Positions 18,445-27,240 of a stretch of 64,000 nucleotides of DNA are shown here, in pieces. Both the position numbers and the translations under genes were made by a program. The notes beneath the pieces were generated by a model. The model saw only the letters and a list, made by a program, of their open reading frames with translations. It had not been told where the DNA came from and did no database searches. Each line of letters begins with the position of its first letter. Positions within the stretch are counted from its first letter, which is position 1. Where the stretch lies: the IMG/VR virus record IMGVR_UViG_3300046834_000025, positions 1 to 64,000 of that record. One strand, 5' to 3'. The DNA comes from a virus.

Positions 18445-18675
18445 ATGAAGGTTCATATCGGATCTCGTGGCGGAACTTTCGACCAGAGATGCGACATGCC
18501 TGCAGTTCCGCATGTCGGAGATAAGATCATTCTGCCCGACGATGTAGGAACCGTGTTCGAAGTTACTTGGGCTCCGTTCCAAACGCACACGGAAGAGATC
18601 TTCGTGCATGTTGATCTGACGAAACCCGAGTACAACCCGCCTTCACCCAGGTGGGCAGGGTGGCCCGATGTCTGA
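18445..18675 (+). CDS. Hypothetical protein
   Basis: PAVPHVGDKI...VFEVTW beta-barrel-like segment. Confidence 0.6.
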   Translation: MKVHIGSRGGTFDQRCDMPAVPHVGDKIILPDDVGTVFEVTWAPFQTHTEEIFVHVDLTKPEYNPPSPRWAGWPDV

Positions 18676-18761
18676 CTGGGTGATCGTGAAGCGCAAGGGA
18701 AACAAGGTGCGCTACTTCAACACCAAGACCGCTGTCTGGACCGGCTGGATGCGAGAGACCG

Positions 18762-19028
18762 ATGGCTGAGACTCCTCGACGCAGTACCGTCACCTCCACC
18801 GAGACACACGTCTCGCACACCGCCAAGCCACTCGGCAGGTCCCGAGAGAACCCGCCACACCTCGGCGATCTTCGAGCGTTCGTGGCCGCGTGCGAGGGTC
18901 TGCCGGACGACCTATCTGTCTACATCAACAACGGCTCTCTGGACGAGGGTGGACGGCGTAACATCACCTTCTTTGTCCGGCATCGAGTCACGGACGGCAC
19001 CGAGGAAGCGGAGCCGGTCGATGTCTAG
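18762..19028 (+). CDS. Hypothetical protein
   Basis: 88 aa, in operon. Confidence 0.6.
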   Translation: MAETPRRSTVTSTETHVSHTAKPLGRSRENPPHLGDLRAFVAACEGLPDDLSVYINNGSLDEGGRRNITFFVRHRVTDGTEEAEPVDV

Positions 19029-19284
19029 CTTGCAGTACCTCACCGTGTTCGGGTGGGTGGTCGGCCACGGCAACATGGCCTTGCCAGAGCCGAAGAAGTA
19101 CCTCGACAAGCTGTACGCTGGCAAGGGCATCTACGGGCGGTTCGTCGACGACGGCGGTGTCCCAACATACCCAACAAACCCACGACCTGACCCGATACCG
19201 AGAGGAAAGGTCCCGATCACCCGCATCGCGGCCTGCATCCATTGCAACCAACCGCACTCGAAACCGTTCGAGTGCCTTCTGTAA
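19021..19284 (+). CDS. Hypothetical protein
   Basis: C-terminal CIHCNQPH. Confidence 0.55.
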   Translation: MSSLQYLTVFGWVVGHGNMALPEPKKYLDKLYAGKGIYGRFVDDGGVPTYPTNPRPDPIPRGKVPITRIAACIHCNQPHSKPFECLL

Positions 19285-19297
19285 GGAGAACCCTACC

Positions 19298-19525
19298 GTG
19301 GCTACGCCCGCGAACCCTGTCATGATGGCTGTCGGCAAGCTTGCTCTCGCGCAACGGCGAGACCGCTACGACCCTGCCAAGGTCGCCGACGCTCGAAACG
19401 AGTTGGTGGCTGTCAAGCTCGAGCGAGAGATCTTGCGCGCCATCAATCCCGAATCCAGTTCCGACTACGAGCCGCTGCGCCAGGAGGACCGGGCACGGCT
19501 TGCCGACATTCTGTTGAACGGCTGA
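19298..19525 (+). CDS. Small helical protein
   Basis: AAGGAG RBS; VADARNELVAVKLE...PLRQEDRARLADILL. Confidence 0.65.
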   Translation: MATPANPVMMAVGKLALAQRRDRYDPAKVADARNELVAVKLEREILRAINPESSSDYEPLRQEDRARLADILLNG

Positions 19526-19528
19526 ACC

Positions 19529-19801
19529 GTGCTGACGCACCTGGTCGATCGCACGACCCGCGAGCCGTGCCCAACCAACGACAATGCGCTCTGCACGATC
19601 ACCGATGAGGGACATCGGCACGTGTTCGCGTCAAACTGCCCGTGCGAACGGCACGAGAATACGAACGCACGCTGCACGTGCTTCTGTCCTCCGAAGGAGC
19701 ACGTACCGGAGCTATGCCGGAGATGTGGTGGTCGCGTAGAGACCATGATCCGGCGTGGTACCGGCGTCTGCTCCGGCCCGTGTGCAGACACAGTACCCTG
19801 A
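19529..19801 (+). CDS. Cys-rich Zn-finger protein
   Basis: Many C/H pairs, CRRCG. Confidence 0.55.
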   Translation: MLTHLVDRTTREPCPTNDNALCTITDEGHRHVFASNCPCERHENTNARCTCFCPPKEHVPELCRRCGGRVETMIRRGTGVCSGPCADTVP

Positions 19802-19971
19802 AGAACTTGCCGTGAAGGCGTCAACGCGTACGAATCGAGGTCAATCATGGAGGGACCGCGCGAAGGACGCCCACAAGGGAGCACGACAAAAGGGCCTGGA
19901 TCTCGAGCCTGCCTTCCGTGCATCATCCCGGCGTACCTGCGCCTTCACGGCCACCTATCCCAGAGTGGCCA

Positions 19972-20072
19972 GAGGTTGCCACCTCTGGACCTCGTGGGCC
20001 TTTCTGGTACCCTGACCATAGGGTGCCCTCGTTCGGTCGACTCCGGCAAAACGACAGGTCGCGTGGAAGGAA
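19972..20072. repeat. 101-bp intergenic repeat, copy A
   Basis: 85/101 identical to 31395-31495; internal hairpins. Confidence 0.9.
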
Positions 20073-20146
20073 GCTTTCGGTGCCCTCTGTCGCCCTGTCC
20101 CGCAACCCCGATTTTGATCATGAAAAAGTGCCCCTGATCAGCGGAG

Positions 20147-20175
20147 TTGCGTACTTTCCAAGTACATGGTATACT
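20147..20175 (+). promoter_or_regulatory. SigA-type promoter
   Basis: TTGCGT-N17-TATACT with extended TG; GTACTT/AAGTAC inverted repeat in the spacer. Confidence 0.75.
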
Positions 20176-20354
20176 GAGAACTCGACACCACACCTGCCGC
20201 TGCTCAGCGTGCACTGATCTCCGCTGCCGTTTGAGTGATCTTCTGGCCGGAGGGTACAGAAAGCCCTCCGGCCAGCCGATAGGAGGATCATGACCACCTC
20301 GCAGCGCCACCCGCGCATCTCGTCCGGCAAGACCTGGCAGTAAGGGAGAGCATC

Positions 20355-20585
20355 ATGGAACTGTTTGCGATCATCCGTCTCGACACCAACAAGCTGGTGT
20401 GGGCATCGTACACCTCTCAGGAGGTGGCCGACGACCACGCCGTTCGTTGGGCCGTGTCCGTGGGCATGATCAGCCTGCTGTCCGGCCAGGAACTCGTTGA
20501 CCACCTGGTCGACAACATGGACGAGTACGCGGGCCACCACGGTAGCCCGAAGAACGTCTACGGCGACCTGGACGTGACCCTGTGA
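20355..20585 (+). CDS. Hypothetical protein
   Basis: 76 aa, RBS present. Confidence 0.65.
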   Translation: MELFAIIRLDTNKLVWASYTSQEVADDHAVRWAVSVGMISLLSGQELVDHLVDNMDEYAGHHGSPKNVYGDLDVTL

Positions 20586-20833
20586 GCCGCTACCCGTGGG
20601 AGCAGGTCAGGTACGCCGAAGAGGCTCTGCAGGAGCAGGCCGAAGAAGACGCCGCCAAGGAAGAGGCCGTCCTGTACGCCGACAAGGCGTGCGAGGCCGG
20701 GGACCGCTGCCCCGCCTGCGGAGAGCTCATCGCCTTCTGCACCGGTCACGGCGAGATCGGCGACCCTACCGGATTCGCGATCATCGAGAAGCACGACAAT
20801 GACGACCACACCGATTGCTACGGAGACCTCTGA
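20582..20833 (+). CDS. Acidic Zn-finger protein
   Basis: CPACGELIAFCTGHGE...HTDC. Confidence 0.65.
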   Translation: MSRYPWEQVRYAEEALQEQAEEDAAKEEAVLYADKACEAGDRCPACGELIAFCTGHGEIGDPTGFAIIEKHDNDDHTDCYGDL

Positions 20834-21153
20834 TGTCCTACACCGCCCGCGTTCGCTGGACTGACACCAGGACGAACCGCACCGTCAACAACGCCGTCCA
20901 GATCATCACTGGCCACACCACGACCGACGACATTCCCGCGATTCTCTCGTTCAGGTACGGCGTGCCTGTCGAGAACATTGCCCTGGTCGAGGTGTCTCAG
21001 CCGCCGAAGAGCCGTCCGAAGCAGTTCCAGTTCTACGTCAACGGTGTTTGCCGGTCGTACTCCATGCTCGGGGCTGCGATGGCTCAGCGGACAATGGTCA
21101 TGGAGAACGACAACACCGCTGTTGTCTCGCCGGTCTACACGGTGGTGCTCTGA
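20833..21153 (+). CDS. Hypothetical protein
   Basis: TGATG coupling. Confidence 0.65.
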   Translation: MSYTARVRWTDTRTNRTVNNAVQIITGHTTTDDIPAILSFRYGVPVENIALVEVSQPPKSRPKQFQFYVNGVCRSYSMLGAAMAQRTMVMENDNTAVVSPVYTVVL

Positions 21154-21545
21154 TGAAGTATGAACTCAACCTGGACGGCGCGCGCAAGATCCTGCCGGTC
21201 GACGGCGACCTGACGACCGGCTTCTGGCAGCTAGCTGAGGCACTTCCGATCCACTCCATCGTGGCTCTCGGCTGGCCGGACGAGCTCTCCTACTGGGTCA
21301 AGGGAAGCAACGTCTCGTTCCACTGGATGCTCGCTCAGAGCGACAACCCGGACATGCTGGTCGGCTACGTCGAGACGGCAGACCCGGACACGCTGGTCGC
21401 TGGTGGTGACATCGAGGTTGCCTACCTGGTGGTGCCGCCCAACAGGATCGGTGGAGTCTCGCTGACCCTGGAAGACGTACTCGGAGAGGACGGTCTCTCG
21501 CACACCGATATCGCCGCGATCCTGGACAGGACGGAGGCACTGTGA
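21153..21545 (+). CDS. Hypothetical protein
   Basis: TGATG coupling. Confidence 0.65.
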   Translation: MKYELNLDGARKILPVDGDLTTGFWQLAEALPIHSIVALGWPDELSYWVKGSNVSFHWMLAQSDNPDMLVGYVETADPDTLVAGGDIEVAYLVVPPNRIGGVSLTLEDVLGEDGLSHTDIAAILDRTEAL

Positions 21546-21955
21546 GCCGCGAACTGGTTGTCAAGGCAACCGCTGTCGAGCCAGGCAAGATGTTGGGCCT
21601 GCGCACCAACTGGATCAGTGGCAAGGGCAAGGGTGTCACCTTCGACCTGAACTCCGGTGCGGGTGTGGGCAACTCGGCTCTCAGCCTCACTGTCCGGCGT
21701 GACGGAGAGGTCATCGCCAGAGAGGTCATCGACATGGCGGTCATGGTCGAGGACTGGATCAGGAACATCCTGCGCTGGTCCCTCTTGGGACCAGACACCT
21801 GGAAGAACAACGAGACTGGTTTCACCGTTGCCAGCTTCGCCGATGACTACCTCGTGTACGACGCCGACGATGAGATTCGCGCAGACGGCGGGTTCACCTC
21901 CCTGCTCGACGCCCAAGCTGCCGCAGACGCATTCGCAAAGGAGATCAAGAAGTGA
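21542..21955 (+). CDS. Hypothetical protein
   Basis: GTGA coupling. Confidence 0.65.
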   Translation: MSRELVVKATAVEPGKMLGLRTNWISGKGKGVTFDLNSGAGVGNSALSLTVRRDGEVIAREVIDMAVMVEDWIRNILRWSLLGPDTWKNNETGFTVASFADDYLVYDADDEIRADGGFTSLLDAQAAADAFAKEIKK

Positions 21956-22692
21956 GCATCGAAGACACCAAGAAGAAGATTGCGTTCCTGCTCAACAAGG
22001 CAGAGAACACCGACAACGAGCACGAGCGCGACACGTTCAACGCCGCTGCCGAGAAGATGATGCTGCGCTTGGGCATCGACCGGGCCGAACTCGAGTCCGT
22101 TGGGGAGGCGAAGCCGGAAGACATCGTGAAGCAGTTCCGCACCTGGACGACCATCTACGCTCCGGCCATGAACACGTTCACGTGCTGGATCGCGGACGGC
22201 TACGGTGACCTGACGTGCTTGCAGACCCGTCGAGGCAAGGACCTGATCCTCACGCACATCATCGGCCACGAGAGCGATGTGGCAGAGTTCCTGGTCCTCC
22301 TGGACAGCCTCAACCTGCAGGTCTGGGAGGCCGTGCGACGGTTCCGCAAGGAGTACGCGGAGCTTCGTCGGTTCCACACGATCCACGAAAACTTCGTGGC
22401 CGACCGCTCGTTCATCCAGAGTTTTGCGCTGGCCGTCTCCAACAGGCTCGCTGCGGAACGCAAGGAGGTGTCCGAGGACATCACGCCAGGGACGGCGCTC
22501 GTGCTGGCCAGCAAGCAGTCTCGCGTCGACGCTCAGGTCGCACTCTGGCACCCAACCATGAAGAAGTCGAACAAGGGTCGTTCGAGCCAGTGGAACGGTC
22601 TCGGTTCGCAGGCTGGGCACGAGGCTGGCAAGAAGGCGAAGCTCAAGGAAGACAAGGCCATTACCGGTGCACGTCGAGCGATCGGAGGATGA
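21952..22692 (+). CDS. DUF2786 domain protein
   Basis: KIAFLLNKAENT-NEHERDTFNAAAEKMM; IIGHESD; GHEAGKKA. Confidence 0.82.
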   Translation: MSIEDTKKKIAFLLNKAENTDNEHERDTFNAAAEKMMLRLGIDRAELESVGEAKPEDIVKQFRTWTTIYAPAMNTFTCWIADGYGDLTCLQTRRGKDLILTHIIGHESDVAEFLVLLDSLNLQVWEAVRRFRKEYAELRRFHTIHENFVADRSFIQSFALAVSNRLAAERKEVSEDITPGTALVLASKQSRVDAQVALWHPTMKKSNKGRSSQWNGLGSQAGHEAGKKAKLKEDKAITGARRAIGG

Positions 22693-22694
22693 TC

Positions 22695-23174
22695 ATGGAT
22701 ATGGAGTTCGTCAGAGACGACCACAACCAGATCTACAAGGTGGAGGAGGTGATGTTCGAAGGCAAGGTGGTTTCGGTGCGTAATGTGCACACCGGAGAGC
22801 CGTCAACCTTTGCCGTCGACACCGTCGAAGTGCTGGACGGTGAAGCACTGCACTACTGGCAGAGTCAATTCCCTCTCATGGAGGGTGGTGACCCGACCAG
22901 GTTCAAGAGCCGTGTGGTCGTGGAGAGCCCGGACGGCTGGTCCGACGAAGAGATCATCGCGAGTGTCGGTGCACAGTTCTCGGCACAGACGTTCGTCAAC
23001 GAGATCTCCGTTGCAGCCCTTGGCTCTCGACTCACGATTACCACAATCTACCAGGCCGACGACCTGGACCAGGCTCGTGAGATTGCCGACCAGGTGTTCT
23101 CCGGCTTCACCGTCGTCCATCGAGCGGACATGCAGCGTACCAACAAGCGCGGGATGTTCGAGGTGGCACGATGA
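22695..23174 (+). CDS. Hypothetical protein
   Basis: GGAGG RBS, 159 aa. Confidence 0.65.
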   Translation: MDMEFVRDDHNQIYKVEEVMFEGKVVSVRNVHTGEPSTFAVDTVEVLDGEALHYWQSQFPLMEGGDPTRFKSRVVVESPDGWSDEEIIASVGAQFSAQTFVNEISVAALGSRLTITTIYQADDLDQAREIADQVFSGFTVVHRADMQRTNKRGMFEVAR

Positions 23175-23410
23175 AGATGTACCCACAGTTCCGCATCGTG
23201 ATCACACCGCAAGACCCGTTCGGCGACCGTTGGGTCAATGTGGAGCGCAAGCTCGAGTTCGCCCGCATCCAGAACTCGATGCCGACCGAACAGGTCATCA
23301 TCCAGTGGGAACTCATTGAGGGAGAGGTGGTGAAGGGTGGTGACATCGACCAGGCTGTCGCAATTGCTCAGGAACGGCTCACAGAGATCAACTCCGGTGA
23401 CTACACGTGA
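23171..23410 (+). CDS. Hypothetical protein
   Basis: ATGA coupling. Confidence 0.6.
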   Translation: MKMYPQFRIVITPQDPFGDRWVNVERKLEFARIQNSMPTEQVIIQWELIEGEVVKGGDIDQAVAIAQERLTEINSGDYT

Positions 23411-23666
23411 TGCGCGGATCAGCGAACACGCGCGGCAACGGTGTCGCGAGATGGGCATTAGTACGAAGGTGGCTAAGCGCATCGCTCGCAACCCAACGAT
23501 GGTGCTACCAGACTTCGGCGGCATCACGACTCGCCGCTTCATCTACTCCTCTGATGAGCCGCTGTATGCGATCGTCATTGCAGAGATCGACAACGATCGA
23601 CCGCTCGTTGTCACCGTCCTGCACTACTCCCAGACCTACACACCCCGAAGGAACTCCAATGTTTGA
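23397..23666 (+). CDS. DUF4258-like (RelE/BrnT-fold) protein
   Basis: ISEHARQRCREMGIS...PLVVTVL. Confidence 0.6.
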   Translation: MTTRDARISEHARQRCREMGISTKVAKRIARNPTMVLPDFGGITTRRFIYSSDEPLYAIVIAEIDNDRPLVVTVLHYSQTYTPRRNSNV

Positions 23667-23865
23667 GGCTCTGTACCAGCTTCACAGGACCGTCTACAAC
23701 ACCGACTACGATCCCAACGAGCCGGAGTACCCCGGCAACTTCTCCTACCCGATGCCGAGTGAAGAGAAGGCAGGCCGAATCGTGGCCGTTGACTGGTCCA
23801 CGCCCGGACAGGTCACCGTGACCCGCCTCACCGTCAACAGCGTTGCCGTGGGTATCAGGTCATGA
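23659..23865 (+). CDS. Hypothetical protein
   Basis: GAAGGA RBS. Confidence 0.6.
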   Translation: MFEALYQLHRTVYNTDYDPNEPEYPGNFSYPMPSEEKAGRIVAVDWSTPGQVTVTRLTVNSVAVGIRS

Positions 23866-24224
23866 CCATCTACGAGTACCGGCTTGGCCTGCAGGGACCG
23901 TGGACACAGGTCGCTGCCGACACCATCGCGTTCGTCCACAGTGGTCACGTGGTGTTCTCCGATCAGCGCGATAGGCTGATCCTGGCCGTCGACCGACCGG
24001 CGAACGTCCGACTGGCACCCGACCAGACACCACAGGACACGCCGGAATCGGAGTCGCTACCGATGGCAGAGGAGGAGAACGTCAACCTGGACTTCTACGA
24101 GAAGCGCCTTGAGAAGGGCATTACCCCACCGTGGGAGATCTGGTACAAGCGTGACGTTCCGCGTCTGATCGCAGAGATCAGACTTCTTCGCCAGCACATC
24201 CGCTTCCTCAAGGGGGGTCTCTGA
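23862..24224 (+). CDS. Hypothetical protein
   Basis: DVPRLIAEIRLLR C-terminus. Confidence 0.6.
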   Translation: MTIYEYRLGLQGPWTQVAADTIAFVHSGHVVFSDQRDRLILAVDRPANVRLAPDQTPQDTPESESLPMAEEENVNLDFYEKRLEKGITPPWEIWYKRDVPRLIAEIRLLRQHIRFLKGGL

Positions 24225-24619
24225 TGCTGAACCGCCTCGAGCACCGCTTCAACGAGCCCGTCTTTCTCACCGGCTGGTATCCGTTCTTCGAGGAGGGTTC
24301 GCACATCATCCGGCCACTCCTGTTCGGTGTCCTGGTCGAACTGGCCGAAGGCAAGCTGCAGGAGTTCCGTGGCGACCTGTTCCACGATGCCAAGTGGCTC
24401 GAGGAGAACGTCAACGGGCCAATCAAGTTCCCATTCATGGTCCGGCACTCTGGCACGCACATCGGTGACCAGGACGTGCAGACCGCGATCGATATCAAGA
24501 GCCCTGGCATGATCTACGACATCGAGCTCACGTGCAGGCGTGGAGCCTACTACGTCACCGTGACGGAGCGCACGAGGGAGAGCGAGACCGTATCAGCGCA
24601 ATGGGCTACCGTAGCCTGA
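24224..24619 (+). CDS. Hypothetical protein
   Basis: 131 aa, coupled. Confidence 0.65.
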   Translation: MLNRLEHRFNEPVFLTGWYPFFEEGSHIIRPLLFGVLVELAEGKLQEFRGDLFHDAKWLEENVNGPIKFPFMVRHSGTHIGDQDVQTAIDIKSPGMIYDIELTCRRGAYYVTVTERTRESETVSAQWATVA

Positions 24620-24634
24620 AGGAGTACAAGAGCG

Positions 24635-24934
24635 ATGACTGAGATCGAGAGACTGCGTGCCTGGATTCGGCTCTCCAACAAGGCCGGTCTGCGCACCGAG
24701 CACGTCAGGGATGTCGAGACCGTTGTCGACCACCTGGAAAGTGCGCGCGACACCATGAGCCGCATGGCAGATACCATGACCGAGATCTGTCAGGCTCTCG
24801 GCTTGCCGGAAGCCACACATGTCAACGAGCTACCGGCTGCCGTCACCAAGGCTCTCAAGGAGTCCTACGACAAGGGCTACGCGCAGGCCGAATCAGGTGG
24901 CCGGATCGATCTAGGGAGAGACACCGATGACTAA
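24635..24934 (+). CDS. Hypothetical protein
   Basis: AAGGAG RBS. Confidence 0.65.
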   Translation: MTEIERLRAWIRLSNKAGLRTEHVRDVETVVDHLESARDTMSRMADTMTEICQALGLPEATHVNELPAAVTKALKESYDKGYAQAESGGRIDLGRDTDD

Positions 24935-25139
24935 GATCGGGACGAAGGACCTGACGAAGTGGGCGGTTGTATCGTCATCACCGTTCCTCACCGCCAGTGG
25001 GTTGACCGAGGTGGTTGCCTTCACGGTGACAAAAGCTCAGGCCGAGTCGTTCATCGCTCTCCTTGAGCCGAACCGCAAACACCGACGTGAATGGAAGGCT
25101 GTGCGTAAAGACGACCTAGGGAGAAACACCGATGGGTGA
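24927..25139 (+). CDS. Hypothetical protein
   Basis: 70 aa; flanked by duplicated DLGR-TD ends. Confidence 0.55.
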   Translation: MTKIGTKDLTKWAVVSSSPFLTASGLTEVVAFTVTKAQAESFIALLEPNRKHRREWKAVRKDDLGRNTDG

Positions 25140-25515
25140 GATCATCCACAACAGGGAGTTCTGCCGTGGCTTCTCAAGCCCGGATGAATGTTGCGGCTGC
25201 CCGAACTGCACGGCAACGGAACACGTGCCTGGCTGCCACTTCGCTCTCGAGCGCGGAGGCATCACGATCACGGTCAACAGCCTTCTGTCGATCCTGACCG
25301 ATATCCGCAAGGGTCTCCTTCTGCCAGGGACCACGCCCGTCGACACGCTACCGACTGCTGTTCGCGAAGCAATGCAGGCAGCCTACACGAAGGGTCGGCT
25401 GGAAGGCTTCGCAGAGGCGAACACTCTGTGGCAGACTGGCCGTGCTGGTCGCTCTGAGAACGAGCCGGACTACCAGGCATGGCTCGCCCAAGCCAAGAGG
25501 GAAGGCTGGCTCTGA
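25132..25515 (+). CDS. Hypothetical protein
   Basis: Cys/His-rich N-terminus. Confidence 0.6.
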   Translation: MGEIIHNREFCRGFSSPDECCGCPNCTATEHVPGCHFALERGGITITVNSLLSILTDIRKGLLLPGTTPVDTLPTAVREAMQAAYTKGRLEGFAEANTLWQTGRAGRSENEPDYQAWLAQAKREGWL

Positions 25516-25516
25516 G

Positions 25517-25804
25517 ATGGACACCCGCACCTGGACAATGGGTTACTATCCCATGCCTGCAAAGAAGCCCTACTCTGATGCCGATCTGGTTGCACGAGCA
25601 AGGATGTTCAACCACAACGACATCGCCGATCGCTTAGAGGCTCTGATCTACAAGGACTTGTGCCTCTGCAACATTGGTGTGCAGGCGTGTCCGGTGCATC
25701 CCGGCAACCTCCGCACCAAGGAGGAGAAGATCTCGTTCCGCAAGAGGTGGGACGAGGATGTGGAAAGGGCTGCGCAGGCCGCACATTCAAGGGATAATGA
25801 GTAA
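25517..25804 (+). CDS. Hypothetical protein
   Basis: CLC...CPVH. Confidence 0.55.
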   Translation: MDTRTWTMGYYPMPAKKPYSDADLVARARMFNHNDIADRLEALIYKDLCLCNIGVQACPVHPGNLRTKEEKISFRKRWDEDVERAAQAAHSRDNE

Positions 25805-25884
25805 TGGGCAAAGCACAACAGTACCAGATGCCGAACGCTACAGGACCGAGGCCCGTCCGCGTGCCTCCCAAAAGAGGGAAACCG

Positions 25885-26499
25885 ATGAGCAACAACACTG
25901 TGCCCGCCGACGGGCGAGAGATCTGCCCTGGCGACCCGGAGCACTACAAGGACGCCCACGGACCTGGCCAGGTCTGGTGGGGCGTCCCATTCAGCCACGA
26001 GGGCAAGGATGGTGGCAAGGACTACTCGGAGTGGGTGATCTCAAAGCACGACGCCGCGCCGTCTGCCCTGGTCGAGGACGTTCTGCCGGACTGGCTGAAG
26101 GTCGATCCGCGTGCGTGGGTGTACTACAACCGCGAACTCGATGTCGTGCAGGCCGCGAAGGAGAAGTGCACCGAGTGGTCCTTTGATCAGGACTCTCACG
26201 GCTACTGCCACGACCGTGTCGTCCTGCAGGGTCTCCTGCGCAAGATCGAGACCGTCAACGGTCTGCTGGCCGACCTGCCCGACAGCGTACCACCTCCCGT
26301 CTGGACTGACGGATACCGGGAACTGGCCGATGCCATCCCGTCTGTCCATGATCTAGCTCATCAACTTCTGCGCGCAGCGATGCGCGGCGACAAGGGTGAG
26401 ACGGCTCGCATCGTGCGAACCCTGGACCGCGAGACCAGGGACCACTTCCGTGCGAGCTTCGACCGGGTGATCGAGGCGATCGACCACGAGGACATGTGA
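25885..26499 (+). CDS. Hypothetical protein
   Basis: AGAGGGAAACCGATG start. Confidence 0.7.
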   Translation: MSNNTVPADGREICPGDPEHYKDAHGPGQVWWGVPFSHEGKDGGKDYSEWVISKHDAAPSALVEDVLPDWLKVDPRAWVYYNRELDVVQAAKEKCTEWSFDQDSHGYCHDRVVLQGLLRKIETVNGLLADLPDSVPPPVWTDGYRELADAIPSVHDLAHQLLRAAMRGDKGETARIVRTLDRETRDHFRASFDRVIEAIDHEDM

Positions 26500-26541
26500 T
26501 GAGTGCCATCGTTGCCGAGAACTATGGCAGGGGGAGACCAC

Positions 26542-26946
26542 GTGGCAAGGTGTGAAGGCTCTGGCGACCTGGTTGACCTCGCTTGGGTGCCGGACGACAA
26601 GGGCTATCCTGGTGCCGCTGTCTGTCTGCATTGCAGTGGCGGCATACAGGTCCGCAAGGGCTCTGCCAAGCTGTACACGCTCGAGGACGGTCGAGAGGTC
26701 TGGGCCGGAATCCTCAAGGTGCACACCTTCCCGAAGGCGTGGAAGGACGCCGATGAGCACTTGGAGAAGCACGAGTCTCCGCCGATCGAGTGCTCTGAGC
26801 CGGATTGCCCTGAGACTATCCCGAACCACATGTGGGGTAAGGTCAAGAGCAACTGGTTCTTTCAGAAGGACGGTAAGCAGTACTGCCCCAAGCACACACC
26901 GGCTTGGGTCGCAGGTTGGCGTGCACGGAAAGCAAAACGCAAGTAG
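26542..26946 (+). CDS. Zn-finger hypothetical protein
   Basis: CEGSG, CLHC, CSEPDC, YCPKH. Confidence 0.6.
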   Translation: MARCEGSGDLVDLAWVPDDKGYPGAAVCLHCSGGIQVRKGSAKLYTLEDGREVWAGILKVHTFPKAWKDADEHLEKHESPPIECSEPDCPETIPNHMWGKVKSNWFFQKDGKQYCPKHTPAWVAGWRARKAKRK

Positions 26947-26989
26947 AGCTTTCGAGACATCCGGTCTCGGAGAAACAAAGGAGAGTAAC

Positions 26990-27175
26990 ATGGCAAAGGG
27001 TTCCAGCAGTGGTAGTCGCAGCAGTGGTGGCGGCTCGCACTCCTACGGCGGCAAGAGCTACCCCAACACGGGTGCCAGTCCCGCCCGTCAGAGCCAGCCG
27101 TCCGGCACCACGGTCGGCGGGTACACGAAGGTCGCGAACCCGGACGGTACGTACCGGATGAAGCCGAGCAAGTAG
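26990..27175 (+). CDS. Gly/Ser-rich basic 61-aa protein
   Basis: AAGGAG RBS; followed by hairpin 27186-27213. Confidence 0.6.
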   Translation: MAKGSSSGSRSSGGGSHSYGGKSYPNTGASPARQSQPSGTTVGGYTKVANPDGTYRMKPSK

Positions 27176-27240
27176 CAGTTCCGATGGGGGAGAGGCAACA
27201 CGGCCTCTCCCCACTGCGCCTGGAAGGAGGTGATGCCACG

